From Nitrospirota bacterium (GTDB lineage: Bacteria; Nitrospirota; Nitrospiria; Nitrospirales; Nitrospiraceae): 64,000 bases of DNA. Positions 1 through 9,536 of the stretch are shown one piece after another (position 1 is the stretch's first letter; each line of letters begins with the position of its first letter). The notes beneath the pieces were generated by a model that had not been told where the DNA came from, made no database searches, and saw only the letters and a program-made list of their open reading frames with translations. Location of the stretch: contig CAVPGK010000018.1 of the NCBI GenBank assembly GCA_963703955.1, positions 32,001 through 96,000 of the forward strand, read 5' to 3'. The position numbers were made by a program, and so were the translations under genes.

Positions 1-2
1 AA

Positions 3-173
3 CAGCTCGGTCGCCTTCGTGAAGCGGCTGACCTGCTCGAACGCGTGGTTCGAGTCGATCGGAAATATCGCCTGCCCAAATTGGAAGAAAATACCAAGCG
101 GCTGGAAACCTTGCGTGCTCGGCTGGACGCGGACGGATCGATGGATATACCGGGACAAGAGACAGGCTCATGA
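3..173 (+). CDS. 3' end of an upstream gene (helical, possibly TPR-like), partial
   Basis: Frame is open from the window edge (QLGRLREAADLLERVVRVDRKYRLPKLEEN...) and its TGA overlaps the next ATG (ATGA at 170-173). Confidence 0.6.
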   Translation, partial: QLGRLREAADLLERVVRVDRKYRLPKLEENTKRLETLRARLDADGSMDIPGQETGS

Positions 174-604
174 GCCAGACTTCCCTCACCCCGCCTCCGT
201 GGGAGCAGACCCGCTCGCAATTGTGTCAAAGTGACCCCGAGTTTTATGAACTTGAGCCAGGCGGGGCCCTGGCTCTGCCGTTGGGGACTGAAGGCTGGAT
301 GCTCGAGGTCACACCTGACGGGCGACTGATCTGCCAGACCGGCATGGACATGGACGATATCCAAAGTCTGTTGTCGGATGGGACGCCGGAAGATTTGGGT
401 ACCGATGAGCTGGCCAAGCAGGCCAAGTACTACCTGCAACCGACCGTCTCCAAATTCAGAAAAGCGCTGATCGGCGCCGGATTCGAAGAGAATACTGAAA
501 TGAACGATGAATATGTGGCGGTGACCTTTCAACGAGCGGTTGACTTTGGAAATCTTGAAGAAGTGAAGCAAACAGTGAGCTGGTGCCGGCAGCAATTTAA
601 GTAG
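170..604 (+). CDS. hypothetical protein (144 aa)
   Basis: Globular, acidic ORF coupled to the upstream stop; no motif recognised. Confidence 0.7.
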   Translation: MSQTSLTPPPWEQTRSQLCQSDPEFYELEPGGALALPLGTEGWMLEVTPDGRLICQTGMDMDDIQSLLSDGTPEDLGTDELAKQAKYYLQPTVSKFRKALIGAGFEENTEMNDEYVAVTFQRAVDFGNLEEVKQTVSWCRQQFK

Positions 605-660
605 GAAGACGGATGGCAGGGATGCTTCCCATATTCCGCAGCGCGCACGCCGACAAAGAG

Positions 661-760
661 GCGGGAGACGATCGGGATGATTCCCGTGCTCCCGGAGCGC
701 GCACGATCGGAATGTGCCCGCTCGACGGCCGCGATAGGAATCATCCCAATCGCCTCCCGC
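661..760. repeat. ~100 bp palindromic intergenic element (REP/MITE-like)
   Basis: Arms 661-684 GCGGGAGACGATCGGGATGATTCC and 737-760 GGAATCATCCCAATCGCCTCCCGC pair at 22/24 positions. Confidence 0.7.
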
Positions 761-837
761 AGGAGCGCTCGAAGAAAAGCGGCAAGAGCCGCACTATATT
801 GTGAGATGCCTACCTTTTGGGTAGTGGGAGGGCAGTG

Positions 838-1950
838 GTGGCGATTGGGGGATATGCGACGGTTGAGGGGACGCGGCGGTACCGCGAGCGGATGATCGCG
901 AAGGGACTCACTCATGAGGAGCATTTCCGGGAAGACCTGGGCGGATTGGCGCTGTCGTCGATCGGGCTGGGGACGTACCTGGGCGGGCACGATGCGAAGA
1001 CGGACGCCTTGTACTTGGAGGCGATCAAGCAGGCGGTCGTGACCGGCTGCAACGTGGTCGACAGCGCGATCAACTATCGGTGCCAGCGGAGCGAGCGCGT
1101 GATCGGGCACGCGATCGGCGAGCTGGTGCGCGAGGGCACCATCGCACGCGACGAAGTTCTTATCGCCACAAAAGGGGGATTCATTCCTTACGACGGCGCG
1201 CCTCCGCGCGACAACTATGCCTATTTTCAGAAGACCTTCGTCATGCCCGGGATCATTACCACCAACGATGTGGTCGCGGAGTGCCACTGTATGACCCCAG
1301 CCTATCTGCGGCATCAGCTGGATGCCAGTCTCGCCAACCTCGGGCTGTCCTGTCTAGACGTCTACTACGTGCACAACCCGGAGACTCAGCTCGATCATGT
1401 GTCAGAGGCCGAGTTTATCAAACGAATGCGAGAGGCGTTTACGGTTCTTGAGGACGCGGTGGCTCAAGGAAAACTCCGCATGTACGGAACCGCCACGTGG
1501 AACGGGTTCCGAGCTCAACACGGCTCCCGTGATCATCTCTCGTTGGATACTCTTGTCGCCCTGGCCGGTGAAGTCGCCGGGAAGGATCATCATTTCAAGG
1601 TCATTCAGTTACCGTATAACCTTGGCATGCCGGAAGCGTTGGCGCAGCAAACCCAAACACTGAACGGCGCGAACGTTAGCGTGTTGGAAGCGGCCAAGGC
1701 GCTCGACGTATACGTGATGGCCAGCGCGACCATGCTTCAAGGGCAACTCAGCGACGACTTGCCCGATGACCTGCGTCAGGTGCTCGGCGAGAAGACCGAT
1801 GCCCAGCGTTCGATCCAGTTCGTCCGCTCCACTCCGGGGTTGGGGACGGCCCTCATCGGGATGAAACAAGCGAACCATGTTCGTGACAACCTCGCGGTGG
1901 CCGCACGGGCTCCCTTACGCCCCGAGCAGTTTGCGAAGCTCTTCAAGTAA
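838..1950 (+). CDS. aldo/keto reductase
   Basis: SSIGLGTY, VDSAINY, IATKGG, LDVYYVHNP, IQLPYNL motifs; GTG start after GGAGG (ORF track starts at 817). Confidence 0.88.
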   Translation: MAIGGYATVEGTRRYRERMIAKGLTHEEHFREDLGGLALSSIGLGTYLGGHDAKTDALYLEAIKQAVVTGCNVVDSAINYRCQRSERVIGHAIGELVREGTIARDEVLIATKGGFIPYDGAPPRDNYAYFQKTFVMPGIITTNDVVAECHCMTPAYLRHQLDASLANLGLSCLDVYYVHNPETQLDHVSEAEFIKRMREAFTVLEDAVAQGKLRMYGTATWNGFRAQHGSRDHLSLDTLVALAGEVAGKDHHFKVIQLPYNLGMPEALAQQTQTLNGANVSVLEAAKALDVYVMASATMLQGQLSDDLPDDLRQVLGEKTDAQRSIQFVRSTPGLGTALIGMKQANHVRDNLAVAARAPLRPEQFAKLFK

Positions 1951-3015
1951 TGCCGACTCAGCGGCGCACCCAACAGCCCACGGCGGTCCGTAGCTTTGAT
2001 CAGTTGCGGGACATGATCGCCGCGTACCGGCTGCCGCGTATTCTCTTGACCGCTCTTGATCTGGATCTGTTCACGGTTCTCGATCATCGGGCCTGGACCG
2101 TCGCCTCCCTGGCGAAGAAGTTACGCGTCAACCTGCGTGGGTTGGACATTCTCTGTCGGAATCTGGCAAGCGCCGGCGTGTTGATCAAGCGCGCCAATCG
2201 ATATCGCAATGGAACAGTAGCGGCGACGATGCTGAACGCTCGGAGCGAGGACTACCGAGGGGGCTACATCGCGTTGATCCGCGATCAGTGGACTGATTGG
2301 GCGAAATTGACGGCATCGGTTCGATCCGGTCGTCCCGTTAACGGGAGCAATGATCCCAATGATCCGGAATACCGGAAACAATTTAGCTGGGCGATGCACC
2401 ACCGGTCGCTGGATGTGGCGCCTCAGGTGGCCGCCCAGCTTCACCTGAAGGGCGCCCAAACCCTATTGGATTTGGGAGGTGGACCGGGCACCTATGCGCT
2501 TGAATTTCTGAAACGGAATCCGGCGCTGCACGCGACCGTTGCCGACCGGGCGCCGGCTCTGGAGGTAGCGAAAGAAATCGCCACCAAGGTAAAGCATGGC
2601 CTGAGGTTGTCCTATCTTCCATCTTGATTTCATTAAGCGATCTATTCCTGGGCAGTATGATGTCATTTGGTTTTCCAACGTGCTGCACATTTACTCGACG
2701 GCTGAGAACAAGGCCTTGTTTCGCAAGATAGCCTCGGCGCTCGCGCCAGGCGGCCGGCTGCTGATCCAGGATGCCTTCTTGCTGGATAAGCAGGGGCTGT
2801 ATCCGCACGAAGCCAATCTGTTTGCGATGACAATGTTGTTGTTCACCGAGCAGGGCAACACGTACCGCGCTGATGAAGCGACTCGATGGCTCCGCGATGC
2901 CGGCTTCCAACGGGTCAGACGAATCACCTTGCGGAATGGGACGGGGGACTGGGAGGGCGGCCTGCTTGAGGCGACGCTGCCGAAGAAACGTCAAGGAACC
3001 CACTTCCGCCGATGA
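1950..3015 (+). pseudogene. SAM-dependent O-methyltransferase (dimerisation + Methyltransf_2), split by a +1 frameshift near 2621; possibly a sequencing error
   Basis: LLDLGGGPG motif I in 1950..2627; continues in another frame as LDFIKRSIPGQYDVIWFSNVLH...LAPGGRLLIQD to 3015. Confidence 0.8.
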
Positions 3016-3337
3016 GGATGAGCAGGAAGTTGAGTAGCCCGGTGATTCCGCTCATGATCACGGTTTGCCGCGCATCCGATCGCGTCAGGTCCTGAACGAC
3101 CGTTGCGATATCCAGCGCCAGGCCCACCGTGCCGTACATGACTCCGACCATCAGAGCCCAGCGCTTACCCGCCAGAAGCAATCCAGCCAGCACGATGGGA
3201 ACGGCGAATAGGAACGCGTGCCAGACTACGCGGTTGATCCATGACCCGCCGGTAGTTTCTTCGCCGATCATACGCGCGACGACCGCCATTCCCAGGAGGA
3301 TCAGCAACACCAGAATCATCTTTCGCTCAGAGGTCAT
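2924..3337 (-). CDS. small integral membrane protein (~4 TM)
   Basis: Four hydrophobic segments; 11 bp downstream of the TPR gene. Confidence 0.7.
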   Translation of the reverse strand: MTSERKMILVLLILLGMAVVARMIGEETTGGSWINRVVWHAFLFAVPIVLAGLLLAGKRWALMVGVMYGTVGLALDIATVVQDLTRSDARQTVIMSGITGLLNFLLILIGGSGFLDVSSAASPQAGRPPSPPSHSAR

Positions 3338-3348
3338 GCACCCTCTTG

Positions 3349-3666
3349 CTATCTCAGTGCTTGGAGGAGGGCTCTGAGTTCCGGGACAAGATCCACACCG
3401 CCTGAAGACCGGCCCGAGAGAGCCGCGTCGATGCCGGCCTGAACAACGGGTCCGGCCTCCTCTTTGAGCCCAAGGGCCAGCAAGGCTCGGCCTAACGCGA
3501 GATGGGAAGCTACGTGGGTCGGATCGAGCTTGACGGCCACACGCAAATGCTCCGCCGCTTCGGCCGGATCGCCGCCTTCCTGCAAGATCTTATTGCCGAG
3601 CCCGTACCGGCCAAGAAACCCGTTGGGATTCTTAGCCACCATCTGACGAAAGGCCGTGATATCCAT
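3349..3666 (-). CDS. small TPR protein
   Basis: EAAEHLRVAVKLDPTHVASHLALGRAL TPR pattern; AGGAG RBS. Confidence 0.8.
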   Translation of the reverse strand: MDITAFRQMVAKNPNGFLGRYGLGNKILQEGGDPAEAAEHLRVAVKLDPTHVASHLALGRALLALGLKEEAGPVVQAGIDAALSGRSSGGVDLVPELRALLQALR

Positions 3667-3817
3667 ACACTCTCCTGATGAAGCTATCGCAATGATCGCG
3701 AGTCTAGCACCGAGGAGGGCTCCTCAGCCAGCGTCGTGCGGTTATGGGAGGGTGGCCTTCAATTGCGCCTGACCCGGAGGTGGTGTTAGGCTGTCGTCGA
3801 ATGAGTACGCCAGACTG

Positions 3818-4258
3818 ATGGCACACGACACGAACCAAATTCCAACGGACCGTATCCTCATTTACGATAGTCAATGCCGCTTCTGTGTGACCGCAAAGGA
3901 AGGGTTGGAGCGCGCGGGAAATCACGAGGGCGTGCGCTTTGTTCCCTATCAGAGTGAGGAAGCCGCCTGCCGCCTTGGCGAGGACTATCAACCCGGCCGC
4001 CCTGCCGTTGCCTTTCTGGTTGATCAGGACGGAACGATCAGCCGTGGGCTCGAGGCCTTTCTTCCGCTCCTTCCTGGCCTGCGGGGCGGGCGTGCGCTCC
4101 AGGCACTGATGAAGCTTCCATTTATCAAACCGTTGGGGTATGTGGCGTATCGTCTTGTGGCCCGCTACCGCTATCGCTGGTTTGGTCAGGTGTCGGTCTC
4201 CAAAAGCGATCAGCCCGCGGGACAGGATCAGCGCGGATATGGTCGTGCGTCGCGCTGA
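3818..4258 (+). CDS. DCC-family thiol-disulfide oxidoreductase (DUF393)
   Basis: IYDSQCRFC (DxxCxxC) and C-terminal YRLVARYRYRWFG. Confidence 0.85.
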   Translation: MAHDTNQIPTDRILIYDSQCRFCVTAKEGLERAGNHEGVRFVPYQSEEAACRLGEDYQPGRPAVAFLVDQDGTISRGLEAFLPLLPGLRGGRALQALMKLPFIKPLGYVAYRLVARYRYRWFGQVSVSKSDQPAGQDQRGYGRASR

Positions 4259-4289
4259 GAAGGAGAAGAAGACCAGTACGGATGAAGAG

Positions 4290-5708
4290 TCACATGATCT
4301 TTTGGTTCAGGCTCTCCGCCCAACGACGTTGGAAGTCGTCATAGGAAATGAAGACACGATCCTGAAAGGCGAGGGCGAAGGGTTGGCCCGTCGCCATCTT
4401 GTCAAGGACGTCACGAACCCTGTCCATGCCGAATCGATCGATGAAATACCGCGTCGCCGAATTGCCTTCAAGGTAGGCAACCATTGCCTGGGATTCTGAT
4501 AGCCCAGTCCAGGCTCCCTCCAAATGGGTCAGATTGACCAGGGTGATTTCCCCTCGAACCAAAGCTGGAATATCGGGCAGAGGGTCGCCCGCGACTTGCA
4601 TGGCGAGACCTTCGTTCAGCCATTGAGGAATAGCCCGACGCCCACTCATCCACTCGTCCAGCACAGCATGCACGTATTCGTGACGCACCACCCGAGTCAA
4701 CCAGGCTTGATCTGTGAGGGCGCCCTGGGTCGGGATCCTAATACGCCCCAAACTCGGGTCGTACAGCCCATCGGACCAAACGGGGCCTCCGGCCGCGTCG
4801 CGAAACTGCTCCCGGGTATGCAAGACGACAAGAATCGGTTTCCTGGGGAAATGGCCGAGTTGCCTGCCGACATCTCGATACGCTTCTTCCAGGATCTCCA
4901 GCACGCGGGTCCAGACGGCGTGGTCCTCGCCTCCGTCGTACTTCACCGTAAAATGCGCGCTGTCACGAGCGACGAACGTCTGCTCCGCTCGTTTGGCTTT
5001 GTCGATGTATGCGATGTACTCCTTCAAGTAGGCCTGGGCTTTCGGAGATTCCGACATCCGTTCTTTCGCGTGTTCGAGATGCGTGGTGGCGCTCGAGAGG
5101 TCGTCCTTCTCGATCGACTGCTCCGCCAGAATGATATGAGGCATCGGATCCCGTGGTGCGAGCCGCATGACTTCGTCGAGCATGGAGGAGGTCAAGGCCG
5201 GGTCCTTCAGTTCCCAATAGGCCAGCACCAGGTTTAGATAGGCAGGCGCGTTGCGCGGATTCATGCCGACCGCGGTTTTGTAGGCCGAGACTCCGGCAAC
5301 CGCGCCGAAGGTCTTGGTTTGTCCGACTCCCAAGTTATTCCAGAGCGTCGCGGCATTCATCCGTACAGCCGGATCGGACAGAGCTTTGGGCGAAAGTGCG
5401 CGTAGCTTTGTTTCAGCCTCAGTATATCTGCCTTGCCCGATCAACTGATGAATCTCATTCAGAGTGAAGGAGGACGGCGAGTTCGGAATCCGTACTGATT
5501 GTGGCACGGTGACATCGGAAGCGAGTTGAGCTCGCTCCGTCGCAATAGACGTAATGGGAGATCCACTTGATTGATTGATGGGTGCCGTTGGAGCCAGGCC
5601 CTTTCTCGGCTTGGAGAAAATCGGAAACCCGGCGAGCAGGGCAACCAAAAAGACGAGCAAAAAAATCACATTTCGGATCGAACCGCGTTCATTCCGGTGC
5701 GGGTGCAT
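4290..5708 (-). CDS. membrane-anchored TPR protein with C-terminal MA-clan zinc metallopeptidase
   Basis: N-terminal TM, TPR repeats, HEYVH...WLNEGLA gluzincin motif. Confidence 0.8.
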   Translation of the reverse strand: MHPHRNERGSIRNVIFLLVFLVALLAGFPIFSKPRKGLAPTAPINQSSGSPITSIATERAQLASDVTVPQSVRIPNSPSSFTLNEIHQLIGQGRYTEAETKLRALSPKALSDPAVRMNAATLWNNLGVGQTKTFGAVAGVSAYKTAVGMNPRNAPAYLNLVLAYWELKDPALTSSMLDEVMRLAPRDPMPHIILAEQSIEKDDLSSATTHLEHAKERMSESPKAQAYLKEYIAYIDKAKRAEQTFVARDSAHFTVKYDGGEDHAVWTRVLEILEEAYRDVGRQLGHFPRKPILVVLHTREQFRDAAGGPVWSDGLYDPSLGRIRIPTQGALTDQAWLTRVVRHEYVHAVLDEWMSGRRAIPQWLNEGLAMQVAGDPLPDIPALVRGEITLVNLTHLEGAWTGLSESQAMVAYLEGNSATRYFIDRFGMDRVRDVLDKMATGQPFALAFQDRVFISYDDFQRRWAESLNQKIM

Positions 5709-5813
5709 CGAGAAGATTCCCCCGTTCCTGACCCGGCCAAGTCGCTCATCACAAAGAGTATTGCTGGAAGTAAGAATAGCAGGTCCCGATAAAATCGTAT
5801 GACGGCGCGAGTG

Positions 5814-6275
5814 TTATTGAGCGAGAACGGCAAGGAGGAATTGCCTGGCCTCAGCATAAATTCCGGGGTAGGTGGACTCGCGAGGCCCGGCGACATTTAG
5901 AATATGGATTTCCTCGTGGTCTGCCCAGGAGTGTACGGGGGCGGTGTGGGGGTGAGTTGCGAGGTCGAGAACCAAGCAGGGTTTTTTCAGGCGGGAGGCG
6001 ACTTCGATTGTGAATGCGGTTCCTCCTGTGGGTTGGCCTTTCGTAAGGATGAGGGTGCCATCGGAGTCGCGGACATTCCATTCAGTACGCTGCGGATACT
6101 CTTCGGTCGGCGTTTCCTGAAGCGGATAGCGAATCGCGATCACGCCATCTTCGGCCAGCCGGCCTTTGGGACACCAGCCGCCACAGGGCAACTTGAGTTC
6201 TATTGCGACGTCGAGCGCCGCTCGGTCCACGCCAGTTTGAGCACCCGACACAATCTTGGTGAAGATCGGGGGCAC
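5814..6275 (-). CDS. putative molybdenum-carrier family protein (SLOG fold)
   Basis: KIVSGAQTGVDRAALD, GGWCPKGRLAEDG, RTEWNVRDSDGTL, LNVAGPRES. Confidence 0.85.
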   Translation of the reverse strand: MPPIFTKIVSGAQTGVDRAALDVAIELKLPCGGWCPKGRLAEDGVIAIRYPLQETPTEEYPQRTEWNVRDSDGTLILTKGQPTGGTAFTIEVASRLKKPCLVLDLATHPHTAPVHSWADHEEIHILNVAGPRESTYPGIYAEARQFLLAVLAQ

Positions 6276-6280
6276 GTGGG

Positions 6281-8398
6281 TCAGGTCAAATCCAATCCAA
6301 GTAGGTAGTCGTTCAGCTCTCGTTTCTGCTCCTCTTCAGTGGTCTTCAAGGATTCAATCTCTTTTCGCCACTTATCGATCTCGGTTTCTTGTTGATCGAG
6401 TTTCTTGACGTACCGGGCATACAGGTCAGAATTTTGAGGCAGCTTGCCCATGTTCTCCCGAATGCGGGTCTGCTCTTGCGTGATCTCCCGAATGCGTTGT
6501 TCAAGACCGGTTCGGCGGCCGGTGGTCTGTCCGAGGCGGTCACGCAGCGAGGTGACCCGTTGCAAGGCTTCCTTGACTTTCGGACTGATCTGTTTGGCTT
6601 GGAGATAATAGGCGATCACGTCCGAGCCGGAACTGATGAGCTGAACGGTTTGGCGGATCTGCTTTTCTTCTCGAACGCGAAGTGAGACGGATTTCCCTGC
6701 ATCGACCGGGACGGAAAAGCGATAGACGTCGCGGGTGCGCTCGGCCGGTTGGCTGGGTCCGGTCAATTGCCAGTCTGATCGGAAGGGGTGTTCAATCAGC
6801 ACGACCTTATTCCGTTGGTCTCGATTTCTGATCTGATAGGTTTTCTCCTCCATCACTTTTTCCGTCGCCGTCAGCACGCCCTTGCGAAGGTTGACGGACA
6901 CGAGTTCTTGCTGCGCGGCCTCAGTCTTGGGCTCCACTTCGGTTTTCAGGTCCAGGGCATAGCTGATCAGCCGATCCTGGCCCGGGGCCAGGTCTTCGAT
7001 GCGGGCGTCGCCGGCATAGGCGCTGTCGTCAAAAACCGTCATGGGGCCCTGCATCAGGTAGAACGGGGTCGTGTTCTTCAGGCGAAAGCCATTGAGCGGG
7101 TGCTTGGCATGACCGGTCTGGTTATAGATGGAAACCTTCTCCCCTTCGACTGTTTGGCCGATGATGGGAAGCATCGCCGACGTCTCACGTCGCAGAGTCA
7201 CGGGTGTCTGCATGAGGTATTCAAACAGCTCACCGGTCGCATGCCCTTGGGCGTCGGACAGGACACCCTCTTGGAGATTGATCTGGGCCTTTGCTTCGGG
7301 AGCGGCTGGGGCCGCAGCCGCCCGGTTGCCCAGCATGGTTTCTCGTTTGGCCTTGGCCAGCCCACGGGCTTCCTTCCCAGCCTCGGCCATAGGTTTCTCG
7401 GTCTCTGGGGCGCGCGCTTCCTCAACGGCCCGCTCGTCCATGGATTCGCCGTATACCCGTGGCCGTAAGGAGGCATACAATTCCGGGGTCACCACCGGAC
7501 GGGTCGCATAGAGCGGCTGATAAAGATCCATGGTGAAGGAAATGGGACGGCCTGAGACGAGGGACAGATGCACCTGGGACCAATCGACCTCCGTGCTGTT
7601 TTCCACGATCGCCCAGCCTTGCAGAAATGAGGGACAATCGTCTTCCAGAACTAGGCGGTACGCCGTCTTCCAGACCGGCGTCTCGATGATGTAGGCGACC
7701 CGGACGTTTCTGATTCCGTCGCCGTTAAAGGTAATGGAGACGGCTTTCTTCTGGGTATCGTGACCTGCGGCGAGCACCGAGAGGGCCTGCTGCAGGTCCT
7801 GGTTAAGTCGATCATTCAGCAATTTAATTCGCTGGATCTGTGCTAACGGAATGGATCGAAGGCCGTCCTCAGTCAGCACGTTCAGGTACTCCACTTGGAC
7901 CACCGGGCGGCGCAGATCCTCCACGGTCCCGACGGCCTCTTCCTTCTTTTCCACACCGACGATGATCCCAATGACCGTGTTGGGAGTGGTGACCTCAATC
8001 CGCTCACCGCGAATTTGATCAAGCATCTGCCCGAGACCGGGGTTGCCGGTAAGATTGATTCCGAAGCCGGCCAATGTCTTTGTGATCGGATCTCGGGAGC
8101 CATAGGTGACGGTGGAGACCTGGCCGCCGCTCAAATCCTGAACGACCATGCTCTTGAGAAGATCGTTGACCTGATCCGTTTTGAACCTGAGATCAATGCG
8201 TGCGCGGCCATGAACGAGGCCCTCGTGTTGGAAGTAACCCACGCCGCTCGAATAGAGCACAACCTTGGACAGCGGCAACGTGGCTTGTTCTGCCGAAGAG
8301 GGCGGCGTCGCGCCCTCTCCCTTGGACATCTCAGGCAGGGCAAGAACGCTGCCGGACAGAATCACCAAGATGCCGAGGAGCGCGATCAGAATCTTCAT
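6281..8398 (-). CDS. exported DUF4139-family protein with C-terminal coiled coil
   Basis: Signal peptide; VVLYSSGVGYF, WKTAYRL, WAIVENSTEVDW...LSLVSGRP. Confidence 0.75.
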   Translation of the reverse strand: MKILIALLGILVILSGSVLALPEMSKGEGATPPSSAEQATLPLSKVVLYSSGVGYFQHEGLVHGRARIDLRFKTDQVNDLLKSMVVQDLSGGQVSTVTYGSRDPITKTLAGFGINLTGNPGLGQMLDQIRGERIEVTTPNTVIGIIVGVEKKEEAVGTVEDLRRPVVQVEYLNVLTEDGLRSIPLAQIQRIKLLNDRLNQDLQQALSVLAAGHDTQKKAVSITFNGDGIRNVRVAYIIETPVWKTAYRLVLEDDCPSFLQGWAIVENSTEVDWSQVHLSLVSGRPISFTMDLYQPLYATRPVVTPELYASLRPRVYGESMDERAVEEARAPETEKPMAEAGKEARGLAKAKRETMLGNRAAAAPAAPEAKAQINLQEGVLSDAQGHATGELFEYLMQTPVTLRRETSAMLPIIGQTVEGEKVSIYNQTGHAKHPLNGFRLKNTTPFYLMQGPMTVFDDSAYAGDARIEDLAPGQDRLISYALDLKTEVEPKTEAAQQELVSVNLRKGVLTATEKVMEEKTYQIRNRDQRNKVVLIEHPFRSDWQLTGPSQPAERTRDVYRFSVPVDAGKSVSLRVREEKQIRQTVQLISSGSDVIAYYLQAKQISPKVKEALQRVTSLRDRLGQTTGRRTGLEQRIREITQEQTRIRENMGKLPQNSDLYARYVKKLDQQETEIDKWRKEIESLKTTEEEQKRELNDYLLGLDLT

Positions 8399-8500
8399 GA
8401 TGGTCCTCCTTGACCGGGCACAGATGATGGCGGATGATGACGAGCGGTGGTCGGTGTCCTCCTCGCCATGCAGTATAATCGCTCGCGCGAGCCGCTCACA

Positions 8501-9151
8501 ATGCCGGCCTGGTTTTTCATTGCTCGTTCGACAGACGTCCGGCGCTCGTTCGGGGTCATTTGCGTCTGTCTCCTCCTCGGTATCGCAAGTATCGTCCTAC
8601 CGGCGGCAACAGCCGCGCAATCAGGGAATCGAGAATCGGAGGAGTCACCCTACGGGCTGGACACCGTTTCCGATGGTCAACGGTTGTCGCGAGACGGCGA
8701 TCGACTGTTGAAAGAAGGTCGTGAACGGGACGCGGCGCACAAGTACCTCGCGGCGCACGAAAAATTTCAAAACCTGCTGCTTCATTATTTCGAGCAGGCG
8801 TTTCGCTCCAGCCTGGGTGGCCTGCCTGCCGACGAAGACGCCCTCACAAAGGCCAGCACCGAAGTGGCGGCTCTTCGCAATCTGAATCTATCCAAGCTCT
8901 GGGTTGTCCTGGACCCGGAGGACCGGGCATTCGAGCAGGGACTCGAAACCGAGAGGGCGGCGCTGGTTCAACGGTTTCATGAGTTTCTGAGTCCACCTTC
9001 GGCGGAGCCGCTGGACCGGTTTCTCCATCGGCTCTACCCTGATGACCCGTCAGGCGATCGGCAGATGGAGGCGCTGCGCGGAGGAAGCCTACCGTCTTCC
9101 AAACGGTGGACTCGCCTTGGGATAGACGTCCCACGAACCCATTCGAACTGA
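8501..9151 (+). CDS. hypothetical exported helical protein
   Basis: Hydrophobic N-terminus; TATAAT at 8474-8479 favours ATG 8501 over 8447. Confidence 0.55.
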   Translation: MPAWFFIARSTDVRRSFGVICVCLLLGIASIVLPAATAAQSGNRESEESPYGLDTVSDGQRLSRDGDRLLKEGRERDAAHKYLAAHEKFQNLLLHYFEQAFRSSLGGLPADEDALTKASTEVAALRNLNLSKLWVVLDPEDRAFEQGLETERAALVQRFHEFLSPPSAEPLDRFLHRLYPDDPSGDRQMEALRGGSLPSSKRWTRLGIDVPRTHSN

Positions 9152-9182
9152 GATCCCCGGCGCGCTCACGCCATCTTTCGCC

Positions 9183-9212
9183 TTGACAAGACTTCGAACG
9201 CTCCCCTAGAGT
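9183..9212 (+). promoter_or_regulatory. sigma70-type promoter of riboswitch 1 / btuFCD
   Basis: TTGACA (9183-9188), 18 nt, TAGAGT (9207-9212), directly ahead of the riboswitch P1. Confidence 0.65.
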
Positions 9213-9225
9213 TGCCTACACATAC

Positions 9226-9409
9226 GCTCGGGTGTAGGGAAGAGGGTGTCAGTCCCTCGCGGTCCCGCCGCTGTGACTGGGACGAAACCCGCAGACGCCA
9301 CTGTTCTACCCCCTCCCTTCCCTCCCCCTTGAAGGGGGAGGGAGGGTGGGGGAGAGATGGGAAGGCGCGGGGAGTAGGGCGAACCAGAAGCCAGAAGACC
9401 TGCCCGGGC
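9226..9409 (+). ncRNA. cobalamin riboswitch 1
   Basis: AGGGAA-GAGGGTG..AGTCCCTC, CCCGCCGCTGTGA, GCCACTG...GGGAAGG, B12 box AAGCCAGAAGACCTGCC; closing stem GCTCGGGT/GCCCGGGC; upstream of btuF. Confidence 0.93.
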
Positions 9410-9536
9410 AAGGAGCCGGCCAACGATCCTTCGGTCGGGCTCCACGACCATCTTTCTCTCGTGGGCTGGAGAAAGGGTGAGGGTGAAGAAGCGGGTGCAA
9501 TCCTCAAGGTCTGTCTGGCCTTGAGGATTTTTTATT

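Noticed and set aside
791..822. Two NrdR-box-like motifs (CACTATATTGTG, CCTACCTTTTGG) before the aldo/keto reductase
   Set aside because: Both are imperfect, the spacing is 16 bp rather than whole helical turns, and no nucleotide-reduction gene follows
2924..3015. 92-bp convergent overlap of the methyltransferase and membrane protein
   Set aside because: Only low-complexity tails overlap, which is common in GC-rich genomes
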